64,000 nt of DNA from a virus (IMGVR_UViG_3300028840_003271:106005-170004); one strand, 5' to 3'. Shown: positions 1 to 10,305, numbered from the stretch's first letter. Notes: a model not told the origin generated them from the sequence alone. Translations and numbers: made by a program.

Positions 1-874
1 AATGTGGATTATTAGTTGTAACCATATGATCGGCTATTAAAATAAAATTATCATTTAATGCCATGCCAACATCGGTAGTTGTTCTACCACGAACATATTT
101 AATACCACTATTATTATATCTATCCAAAGTCGGTTCATCGATAGATCTAAAACTTTGTAGAGGATAAAAAAGTATGTGTGGATTTGTGGAGTGTTGAATT
201 ATTTCAGATTGTGATAATGTACGATTATATATAGCTAAAAACAATAAACCACCATTTAAACAATAAGAAGCATTATTACCATGTTTACCTATTTTCCAAC
301 TTTCAGTAGAAGTGGCCACGCTTTTTGTTTTGGTTTTTATACCATATTGTTTTCCATCTCGATAAAAAACTACACGATTATTAGAATTAATTGTTACACC
401 AATACATATCCATTTATTAGTTGTATAATTTAAACATACATTTGAAGATCTTAAATCGTCAGCCGCACTACCATCACCTAAGATTAATTTTAAATTGGCT
501 GGGGTGGCTGTTGATAAATTTAATCTATGTGTAGCGGCTGTAGCACCCTGGCTATTACTTATAATGCCATAATTACTGGCAAATGTATTCCATTTTATCC
601 AAGCAACAATACTAAGATTAAAATTACCTACAGCTAAAGTGTCTAAAATAGGAAATTGGTCTAAATCAATCCAACCATTAGAATTTGGTATATTAATAAA
701 AGGACCATATTGATGAGTATTCCAATTAATTCCAGTAGAACCTTTTTCTATGCCGTGGTTATCATATCCAGAATAGTCTCGAATGAATTTATGAGTATTG
801 CATAAAAACGGAGCATAACATGCTACTAAACCTTTCCATAAATTAGATTTTGGATAATGATAGGTTGTTAACAT
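1..874 (-). CDS. LamG/concanavalin-A-like domain virion protein (3' end runs off the window)
   Basis: Not in the ORF track. Manual translation from ATG at 874: MLTTYHYPKSNLWKGLVACYAPFLC...DYSGYDNHG...SIVAWIKW...WICIGVT...VFYRDGKQ...WKIGKHG...LAIYNRTLSQSEI, a LamG-3-like pattern. Frame is open to the window edge. Confidence 0.75.
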   Translation of the reverse strand, partial: MLTTYHYPKSNLWKGLVACYAPFLCNTHKFIRDYSGYDNHGIEKGSTGINWNTHQYGPFINIPNSNGWIDLDQFPILDTLAVGNFNLSIVAWIKWNTFASNYGIISNSQGATAATHRLNLSTATPANLKLILGDGSAADDLRSSNVCLNYTTNKWICIGVTINSNNRVVFYRDGKQYGIKTKTKSVATSTESWKIGKHGNNASYCLNGGLLFLAIYNRTLSQSEIIQHSTNPHILFYPLQSFRSIDEPTLDRYNNSGIKYVRGRTTTDVGMALNDNFILIADHMVTTNNPH

Positions 875-880
875 TATACA

Positions 881-1321
881 TTATATGCTAAATGGTGTAG
901 ATTTTTGGCCAGAAGCACTATTAAATACTATTGCTGTTACGAAATCGGCGTCTTTTTGTATGTCAGATTCAGCTTTGTCGTTTGGCCATGTTGTTCCAGC
1001 ATCGATTGAGTGTTCTATATATAATTCTACGGTTCCGTTAGCAGTACCACTAGTATGTGTTACATCAAAAATTCCGTGTAGACCTAAATCTACTTCAGAT
1101 GAATTATCTTGAGACGATCCTTTTTCAGATCCACTAATTGCTAAAATGTCACCACCACCAAACGTATTTAATGCTCCAGTTATAGCGGTTCCATAAACTA
1201 GTTGACCATTACTATTAAATCTCCAAGGCATGTAGCTTACACCTATAGAACATCCTGTATTACGATGCATATCTACGCCACTATTATTAAAAGCTATAAA
1301 ACGAAAAGTTTGTGGTAACAT
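881..1321 (-). CDS. hypothetical virion-associated protein
   Basis: 146 aa ORF, G/T/S-rich and beta-type, tightly packed in the - strand structural cluster. Confidence 0.6.
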   Translation of the reverse strand: MLPQTFRFIAFNNSGVDMHRNTGCSIGVSYMPWRFNSNGQLVYGTAITGALNTFGGGDILAISGSEKGSSQDNSSEVDLGLHGIFDVTHTSGTANGTVELYIEHSIDAGTTWPNDKAESDIQKDADFVTAIVFNSASGQKSTPFSI

Positions 1322-1330
1322 TTTAATTTC

Positions 1331-1867
1331 CTATAATCGAGTAGTAGAACCATAATTTGTTCGACTTCTATTATTTTCTGTAATTCCAGACAAATTAGTT
1401 GGATCAAAGTCGTTAGAAACAAACGGTGACATAACGGCTTTAACAATTTCAGCATTACCAAATATCCACGATTGTTTTAATTGTTCATAAGCAGCACACG
1501 GACCTCTTTCTAATAAAGTATTAAATCCATCTAAATGTTTCAAAGTGTCAAGCTGTGTTGGTCCACATTTTGCTTTAATTCCAGCTAAAAGTGCTTTTGA
1601 ACGATACGTACTCCAGTCCGTAAGACATGCGGCTTTTAAACAAGTAAAATTAACAAATGCATCGTCATCAAGTGATACTGGATCTGGAGAAATTGTAGGA
1701 GGAGCAAAAGTAATAGTATATGTATTAGCAAAATCCATTTCAAGGTCAACATATTGTGCAGCAACTACAAGAATTTGTTCTAAGCGTCGATCAGAATATG
1801 TAGGAGTAGTTCCTAAATCACTAATTAAAACTCGTAAAATTTCAATCATAGAGTCTTTCCAAGCCAT
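1331..1867 (-). CDS. putative head-tail adaptor/neck protein
   Basis: N-terminal 'ILRVLISDLG...YSDRRLEQIL' resembles phage head-tail adaptors; GGAG RBS upstream; structural context. Confidence 0.55.
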   Translation of the reverse strand: MAWKDSMIEILRVLISDLGTTPTYSDRRLEQILVVAAQYVDLEMDFANTYTITFAPPTISPDPVSLDDDAFVNFTCLKAACLTDWSTYRSKALLAGIKAKCGPTQLDTLKHLDGFNTLLERGPCAAYEQLKQSWIFGNAEIVKAVMSPFVSNDFDPTNLSGITENNRSRTNYGSTTRL

Positions 1868-1876
1868 TGTTTTCTC

Positions 1877-2182
1877 CTAAGTGTCGCTTACTTGTAATAA
1901 ACCGTCGCCTTCTAATATTTGACTATTACTTGTAACTATTAAAATCTCAATTCTATAAACTCGTCCGTGTGTACCACCAGCGATATTAAAAGTAACGGTT
2001 TGTGATGATATTGATTCTCCACTAATAGTTAGATTTCCTGTGCCACCACCGCGATATTCGTTTGTAATACTAGTAATACTTGAAATTGTTTCTCCGGTAG
2101 ACATTTTTCCACCAAAATTCATGGAAAAAGATTTGGTTTCACTAGGTTGTTTTTCTAAAATTCTTGGAGCGGTTTCAGACAT
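1877..2182 (-). CDS. small virion protein (fiber/tail adaptor-like, KQPSE...F motif)
   Basis: The pattern 'KQPSETKSFSMNF...GETISS...IAGGTHG.VY' is common in small phage structural proteins. Confidence 0.55.
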   Translation of the reverse strand: MSETAPRILEKQPSETKSFSMNFGGKMSTGETISSITSITNEYRGGGTGNLTISGESISSQTVTFNIAGGTHGRVYRIEILIVTSNSQILEGDGLLQVSDT

Positions 2183-2964
2183 TATATTGTTGATCCACTA
2201 ACTGTTAATGTATATGTTGATTTTGTAGCAGCCGTTCCAGCAGCTAATGTTAGTTTAAGCCATACACCAATAGCTTCTTCAGTATCTAAATCAGTATCAT
2301 TATTTAAGCTTTTAGTATTACTATCAAATGTTGGACTTCCTTGCATGCCGCTTGCTGCCGGAGCTGTTCGACGATTTGTACTTGTAGTACTTCCGTCTAC
2401 ATTAGCATCTAAATCAAAAGTAATATATCCAGTTGGATCTGCATTTTCACTAATTTGTGCTGATAATAGAGCATTAGTAGCATTATTATTTTTAATAAAC
2501 ACTTTTTCATAATAATCGCGGCTACTACCACCAGATGCTTCTGCTGACACATTATAAAATGGACGACGTACTGTTGTTACACCTGTTTCAATATCAACTA
2601 AAGTTGTATTTGTATCAGTATCTAAAACACGAACTGTTCCTGTAGGTGATCCGCTTGTAACTACACATTTTAATATTCTTTCAAAAGTAGAATTGCCATT
2701 TTTTTGTACTTTATTTGCTAAAAGTTCAATATCTTCACTGATAATTGAACCAGCAGAATTTCTTCCCGTCACTCTTATATTTCCAGTGTCAGCAGTACCA
2801 AATCCGCTTACAGAAATTGCACCTGGACCAGGATCGTTTGCGATTGTTGAACTATCAAATATTACCCGAGTAGTTGTATCAATAGTTCCACCTTGAGTAC
2901 CACTATCGGATTCTTGCATATTAGCACTGCCATATACTACAATATCGCTTGATGTAACTGACAT
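2182..2964 (-). CDS. hypothetical virion structural protein
   Basis: 260 aa, T/S/G-rich beta protein, ends 'IGVWLKLTL'; its stop overlaps the start of the next gene. Confidence 0.6.
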   Translation of the reverse strand: MSVTSSDIVVYGSANMQESDSGTQGGTIDTTTRVIFDSSTIANDPGPGAISVSGFGTADTGNIRVTGRNSAGSIISEDIELLANKVQKNGNSTFERILKCVVTSGSPTGTVRVLDTDTNTTLVDIETGVTTVRRPFYNVSAEASGGSSRDYYEKVFIKNNNATNALLSAQISENADPTGYITFDLDANVDGSTTSTNRRTAPAASGMQGSPTFDSNTKSLNNDTDLDTEEAIGVWLKLTLAAGTAATKSTYTLTVSGSTI

Positions 2965-2989
2965 TTATTTTTTTCCTCTATAATTAATT

Positions 2990-3538
2990 TTATGGATCAT
3001 ATGATATATTAGTACGATTTCCATCATTATCTACTGTAATAGTGATTCGATCTGTACTTCCATCTAAACCTTTAAATGTTTCTGTACTTGTACCAGCTCC
3101 AGATGGAATTTTTCCAGCAATTACAGCACCCAAATATCTTAAAGTTTGTCTAACTGTTTTTGTATCAATAGTTCCTGCTAAATCTAATAATGCCGTTCCA
3201 ACATCGTTTTTTTCTTCTGGAGTTAAATTTACAATTCCAGTACCGTCCCAATTTATATTAGATTGACCAATTGGAGGAAAATCTCCTTCTCCCAAATTTG
3301 TTCCAGTTTGATTAAGCATATATGCTTGATATTTACCAGCTTTAACTGTAGGTACTGTAAAACTGTATATTGCTGTATTACCAATTTCTGAACCAGTAAT
3401 AGCATATTTTGACACATTTCCTACTGAATAACTTTCAAAACTTGTACTATCTGTATTATACCAATTTGTATTTTCATCTAAAACAACTATTACTAAATTT
3501 AGTCCAGTTGTTAATACTCCTGTTAATTTATTTCCCAT
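2990..3538 (-). CDS. hypothetical virion structural protein
   Basis: 182 aa; the C-terminal 'RITITVDNDGNRT' type of motif is typical of phage virion accessory proteins; preceded by the GGTGTATAAT motif. Confidence 0.6.
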   Translation of the reverse strand: MGNKLTGVLTTGLNLVIVVLDENTNWYNTDSTSFESYSVGNVSKYAITGSEIGNTAIYSFTVPTVKAGKYQAYMLNQTGTNLGEGDFPPIGQSNINWDGTGIVNLTPEEKNDVGTALLDLAGTIDTKTVRQTLRYLGAVIAGKIPSGAGTSTETFKGLDGSTDRITITVDNDGNRTNISYDP

Positions 3539-3588
3539 TTTTTCTGCTTATTTGTATTGTAAGTTGTAATATTATACACCGAAATTGT

Positions 3589-5088
3589 TTATTCAAGTAT
3601 CCAAGTTGTAGGATGGTTTGACAATGTCCATTGTGTTGGTTGAGTGTTTAAAGTCCATTTACTTGAATTAGGTAATTTTGGTACGACATTAATTTCATAA
3701 ACTAAGATTTCATTAAAAGTGGTTGGTGGTATAGTGACTGATTTTAGTTCTATATTTAATTGTTTATTTTCTTTAATAATATTTTTAAAACTAGTTGGTA
3801 AAACTTTATTTTGTTCGATTATTTGTGGAAAAGAAAATGTAAAATTGTGTGTAGATAATGATGCTAGTTCTTGTATAAAAGAAAGATTATGTATTTTTGA
3901 TGTAGATAATATTTCTATCCAAGAATAATTTAAAATTGTTGTTTTGAGCAAGGTACATAACCAAGATAAATTATAAATTTTTGATGTTGATAGGGTTTTA
4001 GTAAATGATATTGGTAATATATTTAAAGATGATAAAGTTTGTGTCCAAGAAAAATTTTTAATTTTATTAATCGATATAGTATTAATAAGATCCAAATTAA
4101 GTTGTTTGTTTAATGTTGGTAATGGTGTAGATATTCCACGAAGAGTTTTTGTTCTAAAAGTTAGTGGTTTGAATGTTGTTGGAGCAAAAGTAAGTTTGTT
4201 TTGTCCTATACCATATATTATATTTTGTAGATTTTCAATATTAGATGTTTTGTTTGATATTAAGTTAGAATACCAACTTACATTAGGAACTTTATTTTCT
4301 GATAATGTAGATGACCAACAAACATTATAAATATGTGATTTTGAAACCGGAGTTGATGAAGTACCACCACACAAATTAATTGGTCGAGAAGGATAAATTA
4401 TAGGTGGATGATCGGCTGTTGATGGAGTGTTATAGGGAGTCATATTATAACCACCTATTATATCATGGTCTCCATCATTTTTATCATAAATTCCACCTAA
4501 TGGCCAATATCCAACTAGACCTTGTCGAAAAAATAATGGTGAATAACCAGCAGCTAATGCTGGAACGGCTAATCTTTCAAATTCATCTGCTTTATCTGAT
4601 GCTGTATTACCTGGCCAATTACTTAAGTTCCAAATTGCTGTTTCTGCAACACGACCAGAAAAATAATATGATACACCTCCATTCCAACGAGAAGCTCCTA
4701 TTGTTGTATTATCTAAACCACCTGGTGTTTTATCTGTATTGTTTGTTCCTTTTGATCCACCATTTAATAAAACGCGACGATCAGTACCAGAAACAAATAA
4801 TCCAATAGCATGGTGCCACTTGTTTGTTGTATATGCAATACTAGAATCTGCTGCTCCTGCTCCTGCTGCTTCCCATGTCCAAGCTCGAACGGGATCGTTT
4901 GTTACACCGCCCATTATAGAAAGAGAGTGAACATTAGTCCATGAAGCATCTCCAATACTAAGAATTGTTTGACTAACTATTAAAGTATCAGTATAAAACC
5001 AGCCACATAATACAAACGGTGGTGATGATATTACAGCAGCATTATGATGTAAATATTCGTTACTACTATCATTAAATAGTCGTGCCAT
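3589..5088 (-). CDS. LamG-like domain protein with C-terminal 14-aa repeat region
   Basis: N-half is LamG-like (GWFY...WHHAIG...TIGA...FSGRVAETAIWN...GLVGYWPLG). C-half has about 12 imperfect 14-aa repeats such as STSKIYNLSWLCTL. Confidence 0.7.
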   Translation of the reverse strand: MARLFNDSSNEYLHHNAAVISSPPFVLCGWFYTDTLIVSQTILSIGDASWTNVHSLSIMGGVTNDPVRAWTWEAAGAGAADSSIAYTTNKWHHAIGLFVSGTDRRVLLNGGSKGTNNTDKTPGGLDNTTIGASRWNGGVSYYFSGRVAETAIWNLSNWPGNTASDKADEFERLAVPALAAGYSPLFFRQGLVGYWPLGGIYDKNDGDHDIIGGYNMTPYNTPSTADHPPIIYPSRPINLCGGTSSTPVSKSHIYNVCWSSTLSENKVPNVSWYSNLISNKTSNIENLQNIIYGIGQNKLTFAPTTFKPLTFRTKTLRGISTPLPTLNKQLNLDLINTISINKIKNFSWTQTLSSLNILPISFTKTLSTSKIYNLSWLCTLLKTTILNYSWIEILSTSKIHNLSFIQELASLSTHNFTFSFPQIIEQNKVLPTSFKNIIKENKQLNIELKSVTIPPTTFNEILVYEINVVPKLPNSSKWTLNTQPTQWTLSNHPTTWILE

Positions 5089-5097
5089 ATTTAAGTT

Positions 5098-5613
5098 TTA
5101 TCCATCGTCTTGAATTTCTAAACAACTAATAAAAAGGTCGCCAGACGCAGTATCTCCTGGAGAATCGGTATCTCGTCGAAGACCAAATCTTACCAAATCT
5201 CCAACAGCCATACTATCGTTGTTATTTAAATCAATTTCTAAAGTTAAAGGATTAGTACCATCACTACTTAAATCTTTAATTCCACTATTAACAGAATCCC
5301 AAGAAGTAGCAATATTCATATTTAAAGTATCAGAATTGGGAGTTTTGGATTCTACAAACACATCTAAAACAACTCCATTACCATCGTTTTTATATTCACT
5401 GTATAGATATATTACAGCCTTTGGTCCGCTTCCAGTATATTGAGTGGGTACAGCTACCTCTGGAGTAAGAGCTGCTTCTTCATTTGTAGCATCAAATGCT
5501 AATGCTGGTCGTCCACTATGAGATACGAAATTTGCTCCAGCGTCTTCATTTACTAATTGTTCATTTATATCTGGAATAAAACTTGAGGCTGGAAATTCTA
5601 ATATTGTAGCCAT
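5098..5613 (-). CDS. hypothetical virion-associated protein
   Basis: 171 aa acidic beta-rich ORF; first gene of the leftward unit. Confidence 0.6.
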   Translation of the reverse strand: MATILEFPASSFIPDINEQLVNEDAGANFVSHSGRPALAFDATNEEAALTPEVAVPTQYTGSGPKAVIYLYSEYKNDGNGVVLDVFVESKTPNSDTLNMNIATSWDSVNSGIKDLSSDGTNPLTLEIDLNNNDSMAVGDLVRFGLRRDTDSPGDTASGDLFISCLEIQDDG

Positions 5614-5641
5614 TTAAAGTTCATTTTCCTTATTTTATTGT

Positions 5642-5669
5642 GGTGTATAATCTATATATATTATACACT
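5642..5669. promoter_or_regulatory. palindromic pair of RGTGTATAAT promoter motifs at the divergence of the two structural operons
   Basis: GGTGTATAAT (+, 5642-5651) and AGTGTATAAT (-, 5660-5669). The same decamer recurs upstream of several other genes. Confidence 0.65.
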
Positions 5670-5679
5670 ATGGAGATGT

Positions 5680-6216
5680 ATGGTGACTAATCCTTTTTCT
5701 GGAATAATTACGTCGGACTTAAAAGCTTTATTTACTAATGCTATTGATGCTTTATTGGAAGACGATGCCTGCATGATAAAATGTAAATTAATTTACGGAG
5801 ATACAAAATGGTCTAATTGTTGTAATTGTATTTTTGACGCTACTAAAAATCGTTCATCAAATAAATATAAATCCGGTGGGCCGACTCCTTTTTATCATGG
5901 TGTGTGTCCACATTGTAAGGGAGTTGGTAGAGTGGCTACAGAATCTACAGAAGATATTTATTTATTACCTTTATGGAATTATCGAGATTGGATTACGTGG
6001 GCTGGGTCGGCGGAAAAAAGTCGTTATCCAGAAGGTTCTGTACAAACAATGAGTAAAATGAATACTTTAGCACAATTATCGAGAGCAAAAGAAGTAATAA
6101 TTAACACGGATATTACACATTATGAGCACCACAAATTTACACGAGCAGGAAAACCAACACCAATTGGATTTGGAAATGATGCTTATATTTTTACTATGTG
6201 GGAACATTTAAAATAA
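5680..6216 (+). CDS. putative head-closure/head-tail joining protein with Cys clusters
   Basis: ATG at 5680 follows GGAG, whereas the track start at 5638 overlaps the promoter. CxxC motifs; first gene of the neck/tail operon. Confidence 0.5.
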   Translation: MVTNPFSGIITSDLKALFTNAIDALLEDDACMIKCKLIYGDTKWSNCCNCIFDATKNRSSNKYKSGGPTPFYHGVCPHCKGVGRVATESTEDIYLLPLWNYRDWITWAGSAEKSRYPEGSVQTMSKMNTLAQLSRAKEVIINTDITHYEHHKFTRAGKPTPIGFGNDAYIFTMWEHLK

Positions 6217-6875
6217 TGTCAGAAGTTACAGCAGCACAATTAGAAATTAAATTTAATGTAAAGTCGATGAAAAATTCGGTTATTTTGAAGATGTTGGCTC
6301 AAAAAATTAAACCAAAATTAGATACAATTGCTTATAAATTGTCTGAAGAAATTAAAACTCAATTTAAACATTTAATTTTTACTCATCCAGTAATTACAGC
6401 AATAATGAATGATAGATTGGGTGGTGAAGTGGGCGTGGATTATGCTGAAAGTAGAATGGATTATATTATTCACGTTTGGACTAATGGTTTAAAATTAACT
6501 ACAAAATCCGTAACGACCGGACATAATGAATTAAGAGGTGGTTTTACACTTCAAATGGTTCGTTCAAATTATGATGAAGTTTTAACTATTCGAGATGCTA
6601 TAATTAAAGAAAGAACGGTGAGACCTTTACCATGGTTACAATGGTTATTGACTGAAGGAGATAGGGCTGTTGTTCAAAATTATGATTTTGTTTTACAACA
6701 TGGAACCGGTCGAACTGGATGGGGGCATATGAGAAAAAATTGGAATCGTAAACAGTGGAGCGTTCCTACAAACGCGGCTGGTACGTCTGACAATAATTTT
6801 GTGACTGATGTTATTTCTGTTCTCCATAAAGATTTATATAAAATGATAAAACAGGAATTCAAACGAGTGTTTTAA
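6198..6875 (+). CDS. putative neck/tail-completion protein
   Basis: Position between the head-closure and terminator-like genes; 'LPWLQWLLTEG' and 'AGTSDNNFVT' motifs. True start may be the ATG at about 6216. Confidence 0.45.
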   Translation: MGTFKIMSEVTAAQLEIKFNVKSMKNSVILKMLAQKIKPKLDTIAYKLSEEIKTQFKHLIFTHPVITAIMNDRLGGEVGVDYAESRMDYIIHVWTNGLKLTTKSVTTGHNELRGGFTLQMVRSNYDEVLTIRDAIIKERTVRPLPWLQWLLTEGDRAVVQNYDFVLQHGTGRTGWGHMRKNWNRKQWSVPTNAAGTSDNNFVTDVISVLHKDLYKMIKQEFKRVF

Positions 6876-7858
6876 TGGCTACGAGCTACGATTATACTGA
6901 ATTTCAAGGAGTTACGAATTTTGGTGAGACCCAACTTTTAACAGAATTGGAAAATAATTTAAAAGCATATTTAGATTGGTCTTTTTTGAGAATTGGTGCT
7001 TGGACTAATGTAAATATTTCTTCGACTGGTGGATTGGATTTATATGGTGGTTCGCCAGAGACTCTAAGGTGGGTTGATAATCCAGCTTATGCTGATGGAC
7101 AGGTTTGGCAAGGATTTCGTAAAGACTGGATTTATGAAACTGGAGTTAATTTTTCTTATAGTGGGCAAGATTATGACCCAATTAATGTGATGACTTCTGG
7201 TGTGGAAATTAATGGTACTTTTCAAACAACTGGTTTTTTTGTAAATTATCCACAAGGTCAAATAGTTTTTAATGATAGAATTCCTACTGGAAGTACTGTA
7301 AAAGCACAATTTAGTTATCGAAATGTACAAGTAAATATTGCTGATGATGTGCCGTGGTGGAAAGAAATTCAATTACAATCATGGAGATCTGATGATATTC
7401 ATTTTACTCAAGACCATCGTACTGGAGATTGGTCTTTAGGAGGACATCATAGAATTCAATTGCCGACTATTGTGATTGAAGCTGTTCCACGAGGTAGGTC
7501 GTTGGGTTATGAATTAGGAAATTCGGCTTTAACTGTTGAACAAGATGTTTTATGTCATATTTTGGCTGATAGTCGTGAAATGAGAAATAAATTAGTAAGT
7601 ATTTTAGAAACTCAAAACGAACATACAATTTGGCTTTGGGATAGTGATGCCGTAGCTGCTGCTGAAATTACACCATTGGATTATCGTGGTGAAAGAGTAC
7701 ATACAAATGTTTATCCAGATATTGTTGCAGATTCCACTTATCGGTGGAAAAAATGTAGATTAAAAAATATTATGGTATCAGAAGTTGGAGTAATTAATCC
7801 ACTTTTATATGAAGGAACTGTAAGAATCACTTGTGAAGTGGTTTTTGGAACAATTTAG
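6875..7858 (+). CDS. putative tail terminator protein
   Basis: Immediately upstream of the major tail protein; 'LPTIVIE...YELG...QDVLCHILAD' resembles terminator folds. Confidence 0.5.
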   Translation: MATSYDYTEFQGVTNFGETQLLTELENNLKAYLDWSFLRIGAWTNVNISSTGGLDLYGGSPETLRWVDNPAYADGQVWQGFRKDWIYETGVNFSYSGQDYDPINVMTSGVEINGTFQTTGFFVNYPQGQIVFNDRIPTGSTVKAQFSYRNVQVNIADDVPWWKEIQLQSWRSDDIHFTQDHRTGDWSLGGHHRIQLPTIVIEAVPRGRSLGYELGNSALTVEQDVLCHILADSREMRNKLVSILETQNEHTIWLWDSDAVAAAEITPLDYRGERVHTNVYPDIVADSTYRWKKCRLKNIMVSEVGVINPLLYEGTVRITCEVVFGTI

Positions 7859-7864
7859 CAAAAT

Positions 7865-7874
7865 GGTGTATAAA
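7865..7874 (+). promoter_or_regulatory. RGTGTATAAT-type promoter motif (GGTGTATAAA) upstream of major tail gene
   Basis: 9/10 match to the recurring decamer, intergenic, about 30 nt before an AGGAG RBS and ATG. Confidence 0.55.
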
Positions 7875-7902
7875 TTAATGGTGAATTTAGGAGAATATCT
7901 AA

Positions 7903-9072
7903 ATGGCTAATGATAGAATATGGTACGCCGTTCAACAAGTTGGAATGAAGGCTTTGAACGGCGATAGTTATACTGCTGCTCACGGTGTCCAAAGTTTTGG
8001 AATGACTACAAATTTTAATTTAGATCAAGTATTCGAATTAGGACAACAGGAAATTTATGAAAATATTGAAGAAATTCCAGATGTTGAAATTACAATGAGT
8101 AAAGTTTTGGATGGTTATCCGTTACTTTACCATTTAGCAACTAAAGGTGCTGCTACTACCGCTCCTACTTTAGCGGGTCGTCAAAATACAAAAACTTTTG
8201 TTGCTGCTGCAATTTTTCCTGACACAAATACATCGTGCGACGGTGTTGCAGATTCAATCGTAGAATGTTCTGGAATGCGAATTGGTAGTGTGGGATATAA
8301 TTTTCCAGTTGATGGCAATTTTTCTGAAGACGTAACTCTTGTTGGAAATGATAAAATTTGGAAGGGTGATTCGAACATTTTACATACCGCTACACAAACT
8401 CGTCGAAATGCTATTAGTTTTGATGGTGCTTTTGGTAGTGAAGATTCACCTCTTGCACCTAATGTTGGAGTTAATCGTAGGCAAGATTTAATTTTTGGTG
8501 CTGGTAATGGTGAAGCAGATACAAACGGTTCATTAGATGATCCAGATGTAACGGTTTTACCACAAGAGGTTTATGGTATCACAAGTAGTGGTACTAATGA
8601 AAAAACTAATGATGTTTATGGTGCTCACGTTTCTAACATTTCTGTTTCAGTGGATTTTGGTCGTGAACAAATTAATGAATTGGGTCGTCGTGCTCCTTAT
8701 CACCGATTCGTAAACTTTCCTGTAGAAGTAACAACTGAAATTGAAGTAGTTTCAAGTAGTGGTGATATGGTATCAGCAACAGAAGATGGTATTTTGACTG
8801 TTGGTGCTGGTGGATGTTTAGATGCTGGTAATTTGAGCCACAGAACAATTCGTATTGCTGTTTGTGAAGGAACTCGAATTTATCTTGGACGAAAAAATAA
8901 ATTGTCTTCAGTGAATTATGGTGGTGGTGATGCTGGAGGAGGAAGTGTTTCTGTATCTTATACCTATACAACTTATAGTGATTTTACAGTGATGCATTCT
9001 GGTGATCCACATGCTAATGGTTCAACGTGGTGGGCAAATCGTGAAACTAATACTTACTTAGTTGAAGATTAG
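7903..9072 (+). CDS. major tail tube protein
   Basis: 'GVQSFGMTTNFNLDQVFELGQ.EIYENIE' and an internal repeat 'SVSVDFGREQINELG'; lies before chaperones and tape measure; strong RBS. Confidence 0.7.
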   Translation: MANDRIWYAVQQVGMKALNGDSYTAAHGVQSFGMTTNFNLDQVFELGQQEIYENIEEIPDVEITMSKVLDGYPLLYHLATKGAATTAPTLAGRQNTKTFVAAAIFPDTNTSCDGVADSIVECSGMRIGSVGYNFPVDGNFSEDVTLVGNDKIWKGDSNILHTATQTRRNAISFDGAFGSEDSPLAPNVGVNRRQDLIFGAGNGEADTNGSLDDPDVTVLPQEVYGITSSGTNEKTNDVYGAHVSNISVSVDFGREQINELGRRAPYHRFVNFPVEVTTEIEVVSSSGDMVSATEDGILTVGAGGCLDAGNLSHRTIRIAVCEGTRIYLGRKNKLSSVNYGGGDAGGGSVSVSYTYTTYSDFTVMHSGDPHANGSTWWANRETNTYLVED

Positions 9073-9107
9073 TTTATATATAAATTAGGATTTTTTAGGA
9101 GAAAAAA

Positions 9108-9320
9108 ATGGACGAAACACAGGAACTTTATGCTCTAATTGGACGATTATATACCGAAAATTATCGTTTAAGAATGGTTTTGAAACAGTCTCAGGACCAT
9201 ATTAACAAACAAAACGAAGAATTGGAAAAGTCGAGAAGTACGATTAAGGATTTTCATCAAAGGGTTGTGGTAGAGGATCATGCAGGACCAACAAACCTTA
9301 ATTCCAAGTCTAATAAATAG
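9108..9320 (+). CDS. small coiled-coil hypothetical protein
   Basis: 70 aa ORF with AGGAG RBS. Confidence 0.6.
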   Translation: MDETQELYALIGRLYTENYRLRMVLKQSQDHINKQNEELEKSRSTIKDFHQRVVVEDHAGPTNLNSKSNK

Positions 9321-10305
9321 AATTATGTCTGGTCAATATTATTTGACTAGGTGTGGTTCTAAATATCTTATTAAACAACCCCCTCCTGCTTTACGAGCAA
9401 AAGCTCAGGTTTATTACGAAGAAATTTTGGATAAAAATAGGTTTTCAAATTGGATTACTCAACCACAGTGTCTTGCTAAATTAATTAATATGGGTGTTTT
9501 ATCACCTACATATTCACAAGAATTATCCAACCTTAATAAAACTTTAGACAATCTTAAGCTCGATTTGTATCATAGTGGTTTTAATGAAAAAAAAATGAAA
9601 AATTTAAAAAGATTAATTGGTCAAACTAAAAATAAACTTGAACGACTTTATAGTAATATGTCTTTATTAAGACCATTTACTTTAGAAGGCTATGCTTCTT
9701 TGTGTAGGCAGGAATTTTTGTGGTTAAATAGTGTTTACACATTAGACGACAGGCTTGTTTTTAATTCTTTAAATGTAGATTCAGCATTGGCTTATCGTAT
9801 TTTTTCTTCTATTGCAGACCATACATTATCTATGGAACAATATCGTACAATTGCTAAACATCCAGAGTGGTATAATTATTGGAAAATTGTTCAAATGAAT
9901 TCAACTTTTCCCCTCTGTAAAGATTTAACAGAAGAACAAATTTATTTATTGAATTTTAGTAAAATGTATGATAGTGTTTATGAAAGTTATGATTGTCCAT
10001 CAAGCGAAATAATTCAAGATGATGACATGTTAGATGGTTGGTTTGTTGAACAATCACGTAAGCGAGAAAAAGAAAAACGAGAAAGTATGGCTTCAAAATT
10101 AAGTGCAAAACATAGTAATGCTGATGAAATTTTTGTTGTAGCAAATTCTGAGCAGGATCGTCAAAGAATTGCTGCTATGAACAGTGCTGCTGCTAGAGCA
10201 ACTAAACAAGAGAGAACTAGGTTATTAAAACAAAAAGGTGAAGCTAAGGATTCTGAATTATTACGAAACAAATTAAAGAGGAAAAATACATATGGACGAC
10301 CATGA
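9280..10305 (+). CDS. hypothetical protein, possible tail assembly chaperone
   Basis: Between tube and tape measure genes; 'PSSEIIQDDDMLDGW' motif. Confidence 0.45.
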   Translation: MQDQQTLIPSLINRIMSGQYYLTRCGSKYLIKQPPPALRAKAQVYYEEILDKNRFSNWITQPQCLAKLINMGVLSPTYSQELSNLNKTLDNLKLDLYHSGFNEKKMKNLKRLIGQTKNKLERLYSNMSLLRPFTLEGYASLCRQEFLWLNSVYTLDDRLVFNSLNVDSALAYRIFSSIADHTLSMEQYRTIAKHPEWYNYWKIVQMNSTFPLCKDLTEEQIYLLNFSKMYDSVYESYDCPSSEIIQDDDMLDGWFVEQSRKREKEKRESMASKLSAKHSNADEIFVVANSEQDRQRIAAMNSAAARATKQERTRLLKQKGEAKDSELLRNKLKRKNTYGRP

